Notes under the pieces: model-generated | The model's database searches: none | What the model was told of the DNA's origin: nothing | The model's input: the letters and a program-made list of their open reading frames with translations, nothing else | Shown: positions 24,700-38,955 of the stretch, in pieces | How the letters are laid out: every line of letters begins with the position of its first letter | Numbering within the stretch: the first letter of the stretch is position 1 | NCBI GenBank assembly: GCA_013239625.1 | Contig: MU053652.1 | Coordinates: forward strand, 8,021,027 to 8,085,026 | Direction: 5' to 3' | DNA length: 64,000 bases | From: Lama guanicoe | Taxonomy: Eukaryota | Translations under genes and position numbers: made by a program

Positions 24700-25389
24700 T
24701 TAAGACTTGAAAGTAAAAGTACAGAATTAAGAAATCTGTGTTTTGTCTTTTCACTAAACAATCATGCATCATGTTCCACTTGTCAGAAAATCTTTCCGTT
24801 ACAAGAACACTGAAGAAATCAACAAGTCCATTTCCATGACAGGCAAATGCTGCCAGAAAAAGGTATAGTTAGACTTTTAAAGACAGCAAGTGACACTCTG
24901 TTTCATTTCAACAAATATTTATCAACTGCCCTCTATGTGCGACTACTGTGTGTGACCCAGCAGAAAATCTAAGATGAATAAATCTATCTTAAGAAGCTTA
25001 GAGGGGAAATGAAACCAAATATCATCAAAGAACACAAACCGTGTAATATTCAAGTGACATCAGGACTAGAAGGCATGACGTAGGGGAAAGCGGTCTGTTG
25101 CTGACTGGGAGAATTTGGGGTGGGCGACTTACGGCTATGAACCTCCAACTCCTCATCCGTAAACTAGAGTATGTGGCTTATTTCATACGGCTTATTTGCT
25201 AATTAATGAAGTTGCATTTGGGGGGGTTCCTCAGAAATGTTAGTCTTTTCCCCATAGAGGAGCCTTGAGGATTATGTGGAGGTAGCCTTTATTTACAGAC
25301 GAGTAAGAGGCATAGATGTTTAAGTAACTAGGCGAGGGTCAGACAACGAGGAAGTGGCAGATGCCAATTTAAATCGGTCTCTTAATTCC

Positions 25390-26200
25390 TGTTTCTGTAG
25401 TTGTTTAAGGCACTTGGAGGCTTCAAAGGAAGGTGATGTCACAATCTGTTGGGGAGAATTAGGAAAGTCTTCAGGGAGGAAGAATCTCCAGAGATTGACT
25501 CTGAATTGTGCTGGAAGGTACTCCAGATGCGGGCAGGGGCCTGGCCCAAACCCAGACACGGGGAATGTGGGGTATATCTGGGAATACTGCTAGGCTAACT
25601 CAGCTGGAGTACAGGATACACAATTAGGAGCACTGAGAGATAAACCCGGAAAGGCAACTCGGGGTGATGCAGGGGGTGCCTGGGCGTGATCCAGTGGGCC
25701 GCAGGGACCCACTGAGGATTTTCTGTACAGTTTCCAGGACTGTAGCTCACCCTGAGGGAGAGCAGCTGAGTGACAGTGTTAGTGTGGGTCCTCAGATGGG
25801 GAGACTGGAACCCAGGAGAAGGGTCAGGAAACAACTGCCCTGGTCCAGGCAAGATGGGAGGATGCAGAGCAGAGGGACCGCCAAGGTGAGAACAGGTGAG
25901 AGGGGGTTGTTATAGCACAAGGCAGCTGACTATATTTGAAAAAGAAGGTGATGGACGAATTAGAGAGAAATCCAAGCTCTCAATCTTCGCTGAGAGAAAT
26001 TATTCAATGAAAAGCGTGAAAGAAGATGACTTCAATTTAGGAGAGGATGAGTGTGAGACCTTGGTGAGCCATCTGTGTGAAAAGTGCGCTGTCTCTAGAG
26101 AGAGCGGTCAGGGCTGGGCCTGCCGATTTGTAGGCCACCATGGAGAGGGTTTAAGTGAGTTACCCAGCAGGGGGCTACTGAGGGCTGGTTACAAAAGCCC
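25390..26200. mobile_element. Degraded L2 relic
   Basis: Purine-rich sequence with L2-like motifs; heavily decayed. Confidence 0.45.
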
Positions 26201-26220
26201 GATGGCCCACCTTACATTCA

Positions 26221-26592
<372 letters not shown>

Positions 26593-28035
26593 TTAGATGG
26601 CATTAAACCAATGACCAGATCTGATATCAAAATAGGTATTAGTGGTTCCTTTTCTTCTACAAGAGAATACTGTATTTTCATACCCCCTCTATTCCTTATA
26701 CCCAAATTTCCACTGTGGAGTATAAGCATGCAAGCTGATCTGCCTTTTCTTTAAGACTCTGACCTGAGGAGGGGTAAGAATTTCACGGAGAATAAGACGC
26801 ACATCACTGAGACAGAATGTTGTCCATCCTCCTTCTGAACTTCCCTTTCTTCATCAGCAAAGTGAAAATAATGCCCACTGTTTGGTTGGATAAATTAAAT
26901 AACGTACATAAAATGCTTAGTATATACCAGGCACTCAATAATGATAACTATTATCATTAATATGATTTCACCACTTCTAGGATCATGGAGCTACATGCGT
27001 AGATGATGCTTATCAAGTTTTTCCTCCCTCTAGATAGAGTTCCCCACACGCAAAGATAGCAGTAAATATCAAATGAACTTCTCTTTCCCACAGTCTTATG
27101 GGAGGTTAGCAATAAGGAACGTTTGGAATCCAGGTAGGTCGGTTGTTCTTAACCAGGCGAATCATGACAACTAATGTACTACATTTTCTGAGGTTCACTA
27201 AATCAGATGTCTCTCCCTGCCCCTGCTTGTTTCTAACAGCTGAAACTGCACTGTTAAAAGTCCTTTTCCACTTCGAGTTATTAATGGATTGTCCCAGTTT
27301 AGATATAAATACTTCCCGAAGATGTAATACATTTTTCTCCTACCAAAAAGTAAAATCTTAATAAGGAACAGAGCAGAATGAGTGCTAGTCTCTTACAGTC
27401 ACTCATTCTCTCATTTAGTTACTACATGCTGGCTGTGTGAAAGGCACTCCGTTAGGCATCGTGGACAACAGGAAAAAGATGTCGTTCTCACTTGTGCAAT
27501 TTACAGTCCAGGAAAGAAGCCTGTACTGTTTGAAGAGAGACTCAGAGTCTGGGCCTTTGCAGAGAAGGTGGGGCGGGGCACACAGAACATCCTGGGCAGC
27601 TCAGAGGCCAAGTGCAGAAAGGATACAAGGACAAGGCCAGGGAAAGGGCTCCAAAAGGCATAAAAGGAGGATGAAGACAAACTCTGCCTATTTCATTTGG
27701 AGGCAGGCAAGCCAGCACTGCAGTGAGATCTCAGTTTTTCTCCTGCTCACTGTCTGAAGCAGAGGCTGTTGACAAATGCCTTTCTCTGAATCACCCACCT
27801 GCCACTGGCAGCTCTAATTACAGTGAATTACCTCACCCTAGCCAGTGCTCTTGCAAAGCAAACATCACTAAGCTAAACGAACTAACAGACAACATGTCCT
27901 CATTTATCTTCTTGCTCCTACTGCATTTTTTCTACTTATTAGAAAAAATGTATTAAAATAATGAGCCTCTTCCCTCATGATTTGTTCTCTTTTTATCTGA
28001 CTCAGGGAACATGTTGATTAGAGATACTGGTCTTT

Positions 28036-28172
28036 TTATTTGTTTTTGTTTGCTTTTTATTTTTTAATCTTTTTTTAATGAGGGTAGGTAATTAGGTTTT
28101 TCTTTTTTTAATGGAGGTACTGGGGATTGAAACCTCGTGCATGCTCTACCACTGAGCTATACTCTCCCCACC
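28036..28172 (-). mobile_element. Vic-1-like SINE with internal deletions
   Basis: Has the head (ATAGCTCAGTGGTAGAG...TTCAATCCCCAGTACCTCCATT), the CCTAATTACC tail and an A-rich end. Imperfect TSD GAGATACTGGTCTTT / GAGATATTAGTTTTT. Confidence 0.85.
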
Positions 28173-30076
28173 GAGATATTAGTTTTTCTTCAAGAAAATA
28201 ACAGCATATATAAGACATATTCAACTTAAGCTAATTTAAAAAATTAAACTTTACTTGTAGTTTAATTTTTTTGAACTAAGAATATATTTTATTTCCCACA
28301 GAAATAATAACCCAAATCATGGGGAGTCCCTCCCCCACGAAGACATTCTTAACCAATAAATGGTTGAAATAATGGAAACTTAATAAGGCACAGTATTTGT
28401 GTTATGGAACTAAGTAAAATGTGAATGAAATAACTAATGAAATAAATATATACATATTTCATACATGTGTATCTTAAGTAAATAATGCTTAAAGGAAACC
28501 AAGCCTCAGTTGAAGAGTTAGGGAATTAGAGGATTTTGCATAGGTTATAAGCACTTTTGAACACTTTATAGCTTGCTGGCACTTTTCTTTTTAAAAAATA
28601 AATAGTTCTGTCATTTTCTTTCTGGATATATGTGTTTTGCTCATATAATTTACTTAATGTAAGCAGTGAGTTCTTTTCTGACTCCTATGACATGCAAATA
28701 GAGAAGAGAGGTTTTTCTGCAGTATCTTGACAAAGACTGGACGATTGAAAGAGGAGATGGAGTAAAGAGGATGTGTATTGATTTGTGAGGAAAAAATATG
28801 GGAAGTAAACTTAACTGAGCTGTAAAGGGCATAATGTTATGGGAAAACGGAGGGCAGAGGAACTGAGATGCTGTGCCAGACAGCTCCTTTGGCTTCCTCT
28901 GTACTGTGAGGCACGCTGGCCAGGATAATCTTGGTGGCTATTCCCAGTGGAGAAAGACGACACCAACTTCAGAGGGGTGGGCAGAGAGGGAGTCCCGTGC
29001 AAAACACCCTTAATAACTTTCAGATCATCGCAAATCAGATATCCACACTGAGCAAGTAACTGGATAACATGACTGTAATACATCAAAGTATCGTAAATAA
29101 GGGCCAGATGTCTAATGGGGGAAGGAGGCCCTGGAGGGACCAAACGTGATTTTTTTTTTTTTTGCCATCCAAGGATATTCCATAAATAAAGACAAAGATG
29201 ATGGCATCGGGTTAAGAAAAAGAAAAATGGCATTACACAGAGAAATCAAAAGAACAGCAATTTTTCTCTTATCTCTCTTTTGTAAGTTAACAGACTATGA
29301 GTAGCAAATTGCAAAGTAGCCCCAAAATTCATGAGAAAAACAGAAAGTGCCATGGATGATCCATTTTCCTATGAACCTAAAAAGACTTGATGTAGGTTCC
29401 ACAGCAAAGGTCCTGAAGAAGGTAACCCAAGAAGTCCCTACTCTCCAGAAATGTAGGCGACAGGGACATAAGCGACCATTTCCTTCATGAGACTCTTCTC
29501 TTCTCTTTGATATTGCCATTTGGTTTTTAAAATATATTATTTCCAAATGTTAATTCTATTTTGACTCTGATAATGCAGTGATCAAGCTCCTTTCCCACAC
29601 TTCAGTTAGTCCTAGAGTAGAGAAACCAACAAATGGAACTTTGAAATGCATATAAATGCTTAGTGCTCTGTTGTGGGCATTAGGCATTCAAGAAACATTT
29701 AAGTGAAGCCAAAAGAGAACAAATACGTGATAATCATGACTTAGTTGTCCTTTAAGAACTAAGTGAATTGAGGACAGCAAGCTGAGAATAGTTTTATATT
29801 GGTGAAGCGAGACAGTATACAAACTCTGGAAAAGTGTCTCTTTTTTTTGCAGAAATCAAAGACTATCATGTATAGAAACAGTAACAAGTACATGGATGTT
29901 GTTGCAAATACTCCATGGGATATGCTTTTACAAAAATAATAGATCACATTAATGGTGGTGAAGCAACCATAGGTGAATGCTCCATTTAGTATCTGTAGAG
30001 TCTGCTCAGGGAAAGAGTTGTTTGTTTATGAAAGCACCATGTTACATTATGACATAAAGGCTGGTAAACTGTATGC

Positions 30077-30530
30077 AGAGACAACCATCTCTCTTCCTCA
30101 GAACTTCTGTTTCCCGTTTTCCTTTAGCAACTAGAAGCCCCCAAGTTTCAGCTGTTTACGGTCTATCCAGACAGAGGCTAAATATCCCGGCCTCCCTTGC
30201 ACCTTAAGGGTGGCTACGTGACAAAATCTGAACTAACAGGATACGGACAGAAATGCTGGATGCAATGTCTTGGTCGTCTTCTTAAAGGCGAAGATACTTT
30301 CCCAGAGCTGCCTCTTTCTGCCTTCCTGCTAGCTGCAAAATGTAGCATCTGAAAGTCGTGTGCAACGGTGGCCCAGCCACCCTGCCAACACTGGGCCACT
30401 CATTTTCGAAATGTTGTATGAAAGAGGAATGAACGTATTTCCTTTTTAGTCATTGCTGCTTGTTTGCTTTGTGTACCTGTGTTTGTGTGCTTTGTTACGG
30501 AAGCTTTGCCTGTACCCGAACTATAATAAC
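30077..30530 (+). mobile_element. MaLR MLT1-like LTR
   Basis: TCCCGGCCTCCCTTGCA...GGCTACGTGAC and the terminal TTTGTTACGGAAGC...CCCGAACTATAA resemble MLT1 LTRs. Confidence 0.6.
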
Positions 30531-30802
30531 TGGATTGTTTGTCTGATCTCATCTGAATTTGGAAGGCTGAAAGCTCTGAAGTGGGGCAGGATAAGTAAGA
30601 AGGAATCAGGCCAGACGCCCCTATGGTGCAGTAACATGATTCATCTATGTCCAGGGCCAAGGCCCTGCCGAGCAGATTTTCCCTCCCCTGTCTGTTGATG
30701 ATCCCCTCTTCGACCCCTGAGGTCACAACTCAAGAGCATCTCTTTCTTTGAAAGCTTCATAGATTCACTGCTTCCTTGTTGCCTCCATTTACTTCACTGG
30801 AC

Positions 30803-30936
30803 TTTTTTTTTCTTCTTTTTTGGTGGAGGGGAGGTAATTGGGTTTGTTTGTTTGTTTTTAATAGAGGTACTGGGGATTGAATCCAGGACCTCATACATGC
30901 TAAGCACACACTCTACCACTGAGCCATACCACCCCC
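30803..30936 (-). mobile_element. Full-length Vic-1-like SINE
   Basis: tRNA head GTATGGCTCAGTGGTAGAG...GTCCTGGATTCAATCCCCAGTACCTCTATT, then tail AAAAACAAACAAACAAACCCAATTACCTCCCC and poly(A). Confidence 0.88.
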
Positions 30937-31504
30937 TTACTTTGAATGTACACTTTGTTATAGCATTTATTAACACCAGTGTTCTGTTTCAATAATATCT
31001 AGCTCTCCTGCTAGACTCTTTGAGAGGAGGACGACCATTCATCTATATATCCGGGCTGTCCAGCGCAGCATCAGGCTTACTGTAACTTCTCAATAAATGT
31101 TGGTTGGATGGACGTTGCTGAATTCATGTTGTCAAATGTAAATATTTTACTGATGTTCATGACTTGCCTAAGTTTTTTCTGTTAACAACATTCAGGTTGT
31201 TTTTAAAATTCTAGTGATGTCTCTGTGAACAGGAGCTGTGGTCGTGTTGACTAGCTGTGACCCCAGCTCAGGATGCTTTCTTCCCTTCCTCTGTGATTGC
31301 TGGTGAGCAGCCTCAGGGCTCCTCCCCCTCCTCCTGCCACATGTACGCTATTGTATAAAGTCTCTCCTCTCCTGAGCACCTACCATGTGGCGAAAGTTTT
31401 ATGTATTCATATTTTCTCTGATTTTTATAACTATTCTGCACAGTGGGTGTTGAATGAGGAAACTGAGGCCCAGGACGACAATCCCACAGCTAGAATTTAC
31501 ATTC

Positions 31505-31718
31505 ACGTAACAACGCTGTATTGTATATTCGAAAGTTGCTAAGAAAGTTGATCTTAAAAGTTCTCAACACCAGCAAAAAGATATGTAACCATGTGAAGTG
31601 ATGTGTATTAACTAAACTTATGGTTGTAATCACTTCGTAATATATACATATATTAAATCATGTTGTATACTTTAATACATTATATATCAATTATATCTCA
31701 ATAAAATGAGGGAAAAAA
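31505..31718 (+). mobile_element. L1MA-like 3' end inserted in a MIR
   Basis: AAAGTTGCTAAGAAAGTTGATCTTAAAAGTTCTCA...TCAATTATATCTCAATAAA; MIR motifs (GAGGAAACTGAGGC) precede it. Confidence 0.85.
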
Positions 31719-32394
31719 TAAACACACAGATCTCAGGTGCCAAAGCCCAAATTCTGACTCCACCACCCTATGTCCCTAAGAGAAAGGAAGGTTATCTTTG
31801 GTCATTTGTAGTTAACCTTATCTCTCCCTGCTTCTGCAAACAGGCCTGCCAATTCTTACTGGTCAACACACAGCGGGATACACAGGCCTGAGAAGATGCT
31901 GACAGATAAGTGACACCTTCAGGCTTCCCATCATTCCTTTGCTGTGTCAGTGGTGACCGCCCAGTGCTGCACCTGTGTGCTCAAATTCTGCTGGGGCTCC
32001 TTCCTTCCAGTTTGGCTCTATTGTTCGGCTATGGATCTGATGTCTGTCTTTGGAATCCACTTTTTGCTTCCTTATTCAGGCTCCATCTTACACAGGCAAC
32101 CTTCCTTATAGCTGGCCCCTACCTACAGGACATTCTTTAGAACTGGCACTCCTGGCCTCACAAAACTCCTTATTCAGATCCCTCCTGATTAACTGATGCT
32201 GAAAGAACTTTCACATTTGCCCCCTTTGTGGGATGGAAAAACAAAATCGTAGGACAGGTGAGATGGGGGTGAGAGGAGGACCTCAGGAAATGGAAGGAGA
32301 TGAGGTCACATAATTTTAGCCAATACACAGTGATTTCCAATAAACACATTAAATATTATTTGTCAAATTATACAAGTCCTAGAATGAAAGGTCA

Positions 32395-32598
<204 letters not shown>

Positions 32599-32959
32599 TT
32601 AAAGGATGTCATATAGATCAGAACAATGCAATATTATTACACTAGACTGAATAACATTAAAAATGAAAAAGGGAAGACTAAAAAGAGTTGATTAAAGTTT
32701 AGCAAATGATGGTGAGCAGAGATAGATGAGTGTGAACTTGCTAATCAAGTTGACAGCTAGAAAACCAACATCTATGTTTCAAGGTGCTTTTTAAAAATAA
32801 TGGGTTGTGGATTCTCATTTCTTAATAAATTGTAAGACAACTCCACAATCCTTTGTATTGTTATTTCAATTATATCAGAAATCAGTTTTTGTCAAATGAA
32901 GTCTGTGAATGTGGGAATGAGAAGTATTCGAATGAAGGTATCCTGTCATCATCTTCTAT

Positions 32960-33068
32960 ATCTGTCTGTCTGACTAGCTATCTGTCTGTCTGACTAGCTA
33001 TCTATCTCTCTAGCCAGCTATTTTTAATTTTTTTTTTTAGCTGGCTGGCTGGCTGGCTGGATAGCTAA
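32960..33068. repeat. Compound TCTG/TAGC/GCTG simple repeat
   Basis: Direct observation: (TCTG)n-ACTAGCTA twice, a T-run, then (GCTG)n. Confidence 0.85.
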
Positions 33069-33661
33069 TTATCCAGTAATTGTTATTATCTCTTACGACA
33101 GAATTGGACAGCAACACTAAAGGCTGAAAAGCAGGGTACTTTCAAATGTGTTTTAGAAGATGCTGGGATGTGAGAAATAGTGGGTTAGAACATAAACATT
33201 ATTAATATTTAACCCTAGGTCAGTTTACCGTAATAATTATGAAGAAATTAATGTAATATAAGGACAGATATTGTAAGTACTGCTTATTGTACTATATAAG
33301 AATCTTTTGGAAACTGTTAACTCAAGGGATAGCTCAGGATGAAAACTTAAAACCAATTTTGAAAAGCAAAGAGCTTTATGTCTGAATCAATTAATTCATG
33401 CTGTATATCAACTTTCAGGTGGTAATCACACCTTCTCATCAACCTGTGCCATATTTTTAGAAGGATGCAAAGGGTGAAGCCTGGACCCCACAAAAGGTGC
33501 TGGTTTTTATACTACGAGTTTAAGGCATGGGAACTGATTTTGCCAAATTGCCAATCATCTTTTATTCTACTTTTCTTTTTGCTTATTATGTTCATTGGGA
33601 ACACTCCATAACCCCTCCATTTTGGCTTCAGTTTGGTCAAAGGAATTTTATGTTCTCTTAC

Positions 33662-33793
33662 CATCCAGGACCACTTCAAGTATTTGTTGAATGGGTTGAA
33701 CAACAGCTTCATGCAATGGAAACCATCCTTTTTCATCAGCTTCATCCAATGCATATTTATATTTCACATACTCCTGGAGCTCAAGAATGTGAC
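33662..33793 (-). CDS. ASB15: ASB15 coding exon 3 (GHILELQ...GWFPLHEAV...VLD), ankyrin repeat
   Basis: Acceptor aatttag|GT, donor ATG|GTAAGA. 132 nt with ankyrin motif GWFPLHEAV. Confidence 0.96.
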
Positions 33794-33883
33794 CTAAATT
33801 AAACATACAGGCTGATAGCAAATCTCTGTCTTGGCCAGGTGGAACCTCCAGCCCCTCCCACTGTAAGTGATGCACCCATTTAC

Positions 33884-33936
33884 CTTGCTTTATGGCCTCC
33901 ACAAGCTTTCTGTTTTGATCGCTCAAGGGTACAAAT
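33884..33936 (-). CDS. ASB15: ASB15 coding exon 2 ([17 protein letters not shown])
   Basis: Acceptor tctggtag|A, donor CAAG|GTAAAT. 53 nt, frame consistent with neighbours. Confidence 0.95.
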
Positions 33937-35548
33937 CTACCAGAGAAAGAAAAATAAGTCATGTTTGAATTCATGGTATATTTCAAGGAACCAAAATGGT
34001 TATTTAGTTTTTGCACACGCTTTTAATAGTCAAGATGTACAAGAAATGCACACAACTTTTATCTACTTTAAAAATGTAAAAGTCTAAAAGTCAGACACAG
34101 AATATATATATGATACACTGGACTTAAGAGCATTAGTGATGATGAAAAACAGAAGATTGTAACACTCTCTGAGATAAGCTGTAGACAATGAAAAAAGGGT
34201 AAATAATTGGAGTCAGGGTCAGAAGAACTGGGTTCAGGTTTTCTGATTTTTACGATCTTGGGGAGGCCAGTAGCCTTCCTGGGTGGTGGTTTCTGCATCA
34301 GTGAAATGAGGAGATTAAATAGGAAGAGATCTGAGGCTTCTCCCAACTTTAAAAACTCTATACTCAATAAAGGTTTATTGCTTTGAACTTAATTGCTAAT
34401 TAATGATTTCTTACTTGGGAGCGTATGAGCTGCACTGCATGTTAGAGTCTTTAATCAACTGATCTACAAGTGAAAATGGGCTAAGCATTTACTGAACAAA
34501 CTCCCAGTCACTGGCCCAGCAGGTCATGATTTTAACACCCATGGCAATTCTCCCGAGTGTGTGTTTATTCAAAGGCAACAACATCAGTGTGTGTTTCATA
34601 ACACACTGATTTAACTCTGTTAAGCAGAAACATCCGCTGGTAGCCTAGGTTTGTGAATGCCTTCCTGGGAACTCTAAGGTTCTGAAATCCGTTGGAGACA
34701 AGGGAAAAATTAAAGAGACCAGAAATTTAAATGTAATATGTCTATTTTTCAAAAGCTCAAAAGTAATAATTTTATAGCATGGAAGCCATTCAGAAGCACC
34801 ACTAAACTTCAGGATACAGGATTCCAAATACTATAATAGAATGTGAAAGTAAACTACTTTTTGTCAGAAGTGTAATGTGTGCTCTTCAAGACAGAAATTT
34901 ACTTTTGCAGTTTTAGACTCTATAACTTTTGCTAATATAAAACACTAATTTTATTTATCATTTGTGAACTTCTGTCATTTGAATAGTAGATAATTAAATA
35001 GGCTTTGGTTTATATATTACTTTGTCATAAGTAATGAAAAGCTCTCAACTCTTTTCCTGTTCATTAAACTTATGGGCAAGATGGGTTAGCATTAATCTTT
35101 GTATTTTAAAGGTGCAAAAATGGAATACATTATAAAGGCTGCCTGAGTCAGTAGCAGAATGGGCTCCAGAATATACAGTACAGATTCTGTATACTTATCT
35201 ATACGTTGGCAGCTTAAATAGTGCTTGCACATTCGTTCACATTGTTTATTGTCCATTTTGATTCCATATGAATTTAGAAAATAAGCAATCCTGTACAACC
35301 AAATTCAACTGGGAATTTCCCCACTAGGTTATTTCCATTGCTCCCATTTCCACCCACAGAAGATGGGGATTTATGGATGATCAGAGGGCTAACCCTGTGC
35401 ACAGTGGCTCTCGTAAAGCTTTTCGATTTCTTGCCAAAAGAGAAAGATAAGCATTTTCTCAGAGATGGAAATGTCATTCATTTTTTATCTTATAACAAAA
35501 TGAATGCCATAAAGAAGTTTCCTGGAGGACAGTCAATTTGAATGTTAC

Positions 35549-35655
35549 CTTTCAGGATAAAATACAGTCTTGCTGGCCTCAATGGATTCTTGAATACTGA
35601 GCTGAATATCATAACTTGCAAGGTGATCTTCCTCAGGGTCATCATTAGTCTCCAT
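35549..35655 (-). CDS. ASB15: ASB15 coding exon 1 ([10 protein letters not shown]...VFYPE/R)
   Basis: ATG at 35655, two nt after the acceptor ttcag|TC (so an upstream non-coding exon exists). Donor AAG|GTAACA. 107 nt. Confidence 0.95.
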
Positions 35656-36920
35656 GACTGAACATAATTTGGAAAGAGGCAATTTCTTATTATCAGCAAA
35701 TGGCACAGAACAACATGCAGACTTAACATGAGAGACGCAAAATGAAAAAAAATGCATTTACTTTTTCCTCAATTAACAGACACAAATGTAGTGAACATTT
35801 TAATCCATATCATATCTGAAGCCCATCCTAACTTTTGAAACCTTTAATTACCTGCCCTTTGGGTGTCTGCATTTTCTAATTTTTTTTGACCTTCTTTTGA
35901 ATGATGACTAGAGTTGGGCTTATAAGAATTCACTTTTTCCACACTTCTGATTTACACTAATTTGGCCCATCATGTTTCTCAAGACATTGCTCTACATAGC
36001 AAATTGAAGTTTAAAGCTCTGAGAAGAGAGACTGTGTCAGGAATAGGGTACAGTAAGCCTTTCACATTCTTTGCTTTTATTCTCTGTCTGCTGTGTGTGC
36101 TTAATTGCTGATTTATTCCTTTCTTCACACCAGAAATGACTGGAGTTGGCTGCCTTGAATGGCATTTATTTCTGTATTTCGGTTCAACTTCTTCCACCAG
36201 ACTCTACCCTCTTTGAGGTGAAGGGCTCTGCCTCACTTACCTCTGCATTGCCTACAAGTCTAGAAGGTGCTTGGCACGGGGAAGCTTCCCAGTGAACATT
36301 TGTTAAATTAAAATAGAGAGAACAGAACGTCACAAACGTAGTGGCCCAGCCTTACCAGGAAATTTGATAGCACAAATAAAGACACGAAGGAAACTTTAAA
36401 TAGAAGGAACTGGGAACTTTAAGCACTGTTCTTCCTCAGAAAATACTGTCTAGTCTCACAAGGAAGTGACCAGGTTTCAAAATTCCAGAACTTTAAAGTA
36501 AAACAGGATAGGGTTAATCTGACAAAAACAGCCTTAGGCACTTGGAGAACCTCCTTACTGACTAGCTCAGATGGGTTTGATAGACCATGTGGCGCTCTGC
36601 GTGCTCTGGGAAATCCACCTTTATGGACTTGTGCTTGTGGCCATGGAAAGATCCTTTGTGACACTTTGGCAGAAAGGCATCCTTAATACATCACTAATAC
36701 ATGTCAAAGGTGCTGGAACTGCTAATACAGGGAGCAGCATGGTAAGGACCAGTTTTATCAAATGAGGCTTAACTGTGGGAACTGGCAAACCATAAACAGA
36801 GTAAAAATGAACTGCTTTTGAAGAAAAGAGTCAAAAACAGAGAGGCTTTTGGACTGGTTTAGGTAATTTATGGATGGCTGTTTCAATTCTCCCTAATCCA
36901 CTGACTTGTTTCAACTAAAT

Positions 36921-37090
36921 CAGAGCCCCTATGACTGGTTGTGCAGGATGTGCACTGCACAAGTGTTCCTGACTGAGGAAATCCAGCCAAATCTCCCCTA
37001 AAGAGCTATGCCACCAAGCAGGGTGCTATGCATGCCCCAAGGAAGCAGCATCTTTTCTTCATTTGCCCCAAAGTGCCCATGGGATGCCTG
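36921..37090. mobile_element. MER91-like hAT-Tip100 element
   Basis: CAGAGCCCCTATGACTGGTTGTGCAGGATGTGCACTGCACAAG resembles the recalled MER91 5' end. Confidence 0.6.
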
Positions 37091-38955
37091 AACAGAGCTG
37101 AGCATTTTTTAACACCAGAAAGTTAAACAAAAAGAAGCCTAATTATTTAGCATTGTTGGATAATAAATGAGGAGAGATAGACATGACATATTTTACCATC
37201 TAGTCTCCCAATCTTTCCCCAAAGTGGAAGGGCCTCAGGATTTGATTACTCTCCTTCAGAAAGGATAGGGCTACCATGCCTGTGATGTCCATGGTGCCTC
37301 TTGAACTTTCATGTAGCTACTGTTTGGTCTCCACTTTTTAATTTGTTTGTTTATTTTTGGCTTGTCTTACAGGAAAAGTTGTAAGGTCTGACTGGTCTCA
37401 GCATCCTTTGAACAGTTAAGATTAGGGCCATCATAACTCCATGCCCAGACCAGAGACCAGGCCTCGCATAGAGTCTCCATTTCTCCCCCTGCACAGCTCT
37501 CTTCACTACGAGACACTGCTACTGACCGGCCTATCTCTTCTGAAGGCAAACACAAAACCGTAGATTATTTCTTACCATCTTATTTCTTCCAAATATCAAA
37601 TTAGAGGAGTGTCTCTCATTACTATTGGATCAACTGCTTTATCTTATTCAGAGAGCAAGCTTAGTAAGTATAGACATCAAAATAGTTCTACAGCTAGGTT
37701 GACTGACCAACAGAAAATTATGTCTGACTAGTGGTACTTTTCAAGCCAAAATGTATTATCTCTGTAAAAACTTACATGGTAGAGTGTATTTTCAAGGGGA
37801 AAAAAACCGAAAACACTATTCGGTGGGCAACTTCTGAGATACAGTTGACTCTTGCTTTACGCCTTCTCATTGGTCAAGGCTAGACGAGATGGGCTCAGAC
37901 TTTAAGGACAGTTCTAGGTATGCTGATAGCCAAGGTGTCTGGCCTATAAACAGGCTGCACATGAACTCAATGGCATCATGATTTTATTGTTCACTGTTCT
38001 GCACCAGTGACCTTACTGTCACCTTGAAACAGAAAGGAGAGAACGGGGACGATGGTTCGGAGGCTGCCTGTGGGACAGTAGCAGTGCTCCACGCAGCAAG
38101 CTCCCTCACGCCACAGCACCCCAGGAGCCGCGAAAGGTCTGTGTGTGTCCTACAGATCCTACTCAACAAAGAGACTCAAATGATACTTGTTTTTCAATTG
38201 TTTATCAGTTTATGGTCCATCTCCTCCTCCTAGAATGTAACTCAATAACAGCAAAAATTTATCTGTATCTTCAGTGTCTAGAGAAGCACCATCTCAAGGT
38301 GTGTAGAATCTAAATGTGTATTGAATGAATGAATGAGTTAATAGGTGAACACTGACATAATCTAGGCTTTTCTTTATTCATGAAAATGACCTTTTTAGTA
38401 TGGAGTCTTTCTTCCAACTAAATGAATTTGGTTGCCTGCTCTGGGCTAGGCTTCATTTTTCTCCCTTCTGTGCTTTCACGTCTTCCTCCCCTTCATTCAC
38501 AAGGCCCCGTTCATGGTCCACAGGCCCTCCAGCCTGGCCTCAGCTGTCCCTCCCTCCGGTGGAAGCCCTTTTGCTGAAATCCTCCGTTTCCTCTCTGGCT
38601 CTCTCTAGCTGTGAATAACTCCTCTTACATAATATTTTTCCAACATCTGGATTTTCACTCAGTTTTTATTAGCTTCGCGAGTTCCTCACATTTTTGTGTT
38701 TTGTAGTTTCCCTTGGACTATTAGCTTTCTGAGGGGAAAAGAATTCTTACTTTCTTTTTCCATTATATCTTTTCTCTCTACTTCCACTCTTAGTCAACTG
38801 TAGCAAATGACTGTTCTCGGTGGCCACTGGAAAAAAAAGTGGTTGACTCGTGACTAGCAGACGAGCCCCGGGTCCCTTCAGACAGCACCATCAGACGAGG
38901 AAGCTAGGGCCTTGGCGTTGCCTGTTGCACTTCTCACAGACGTCACTATGGTGAT

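Noticed and set aside
33018..33027. MEF2 consensus CTATTTTTAA (also TTAAAAATAG at about 20053)
   Set aside because: Embedded in simple-repeat or AT-rich repeat-flank sequence where such matches are expected by chance.
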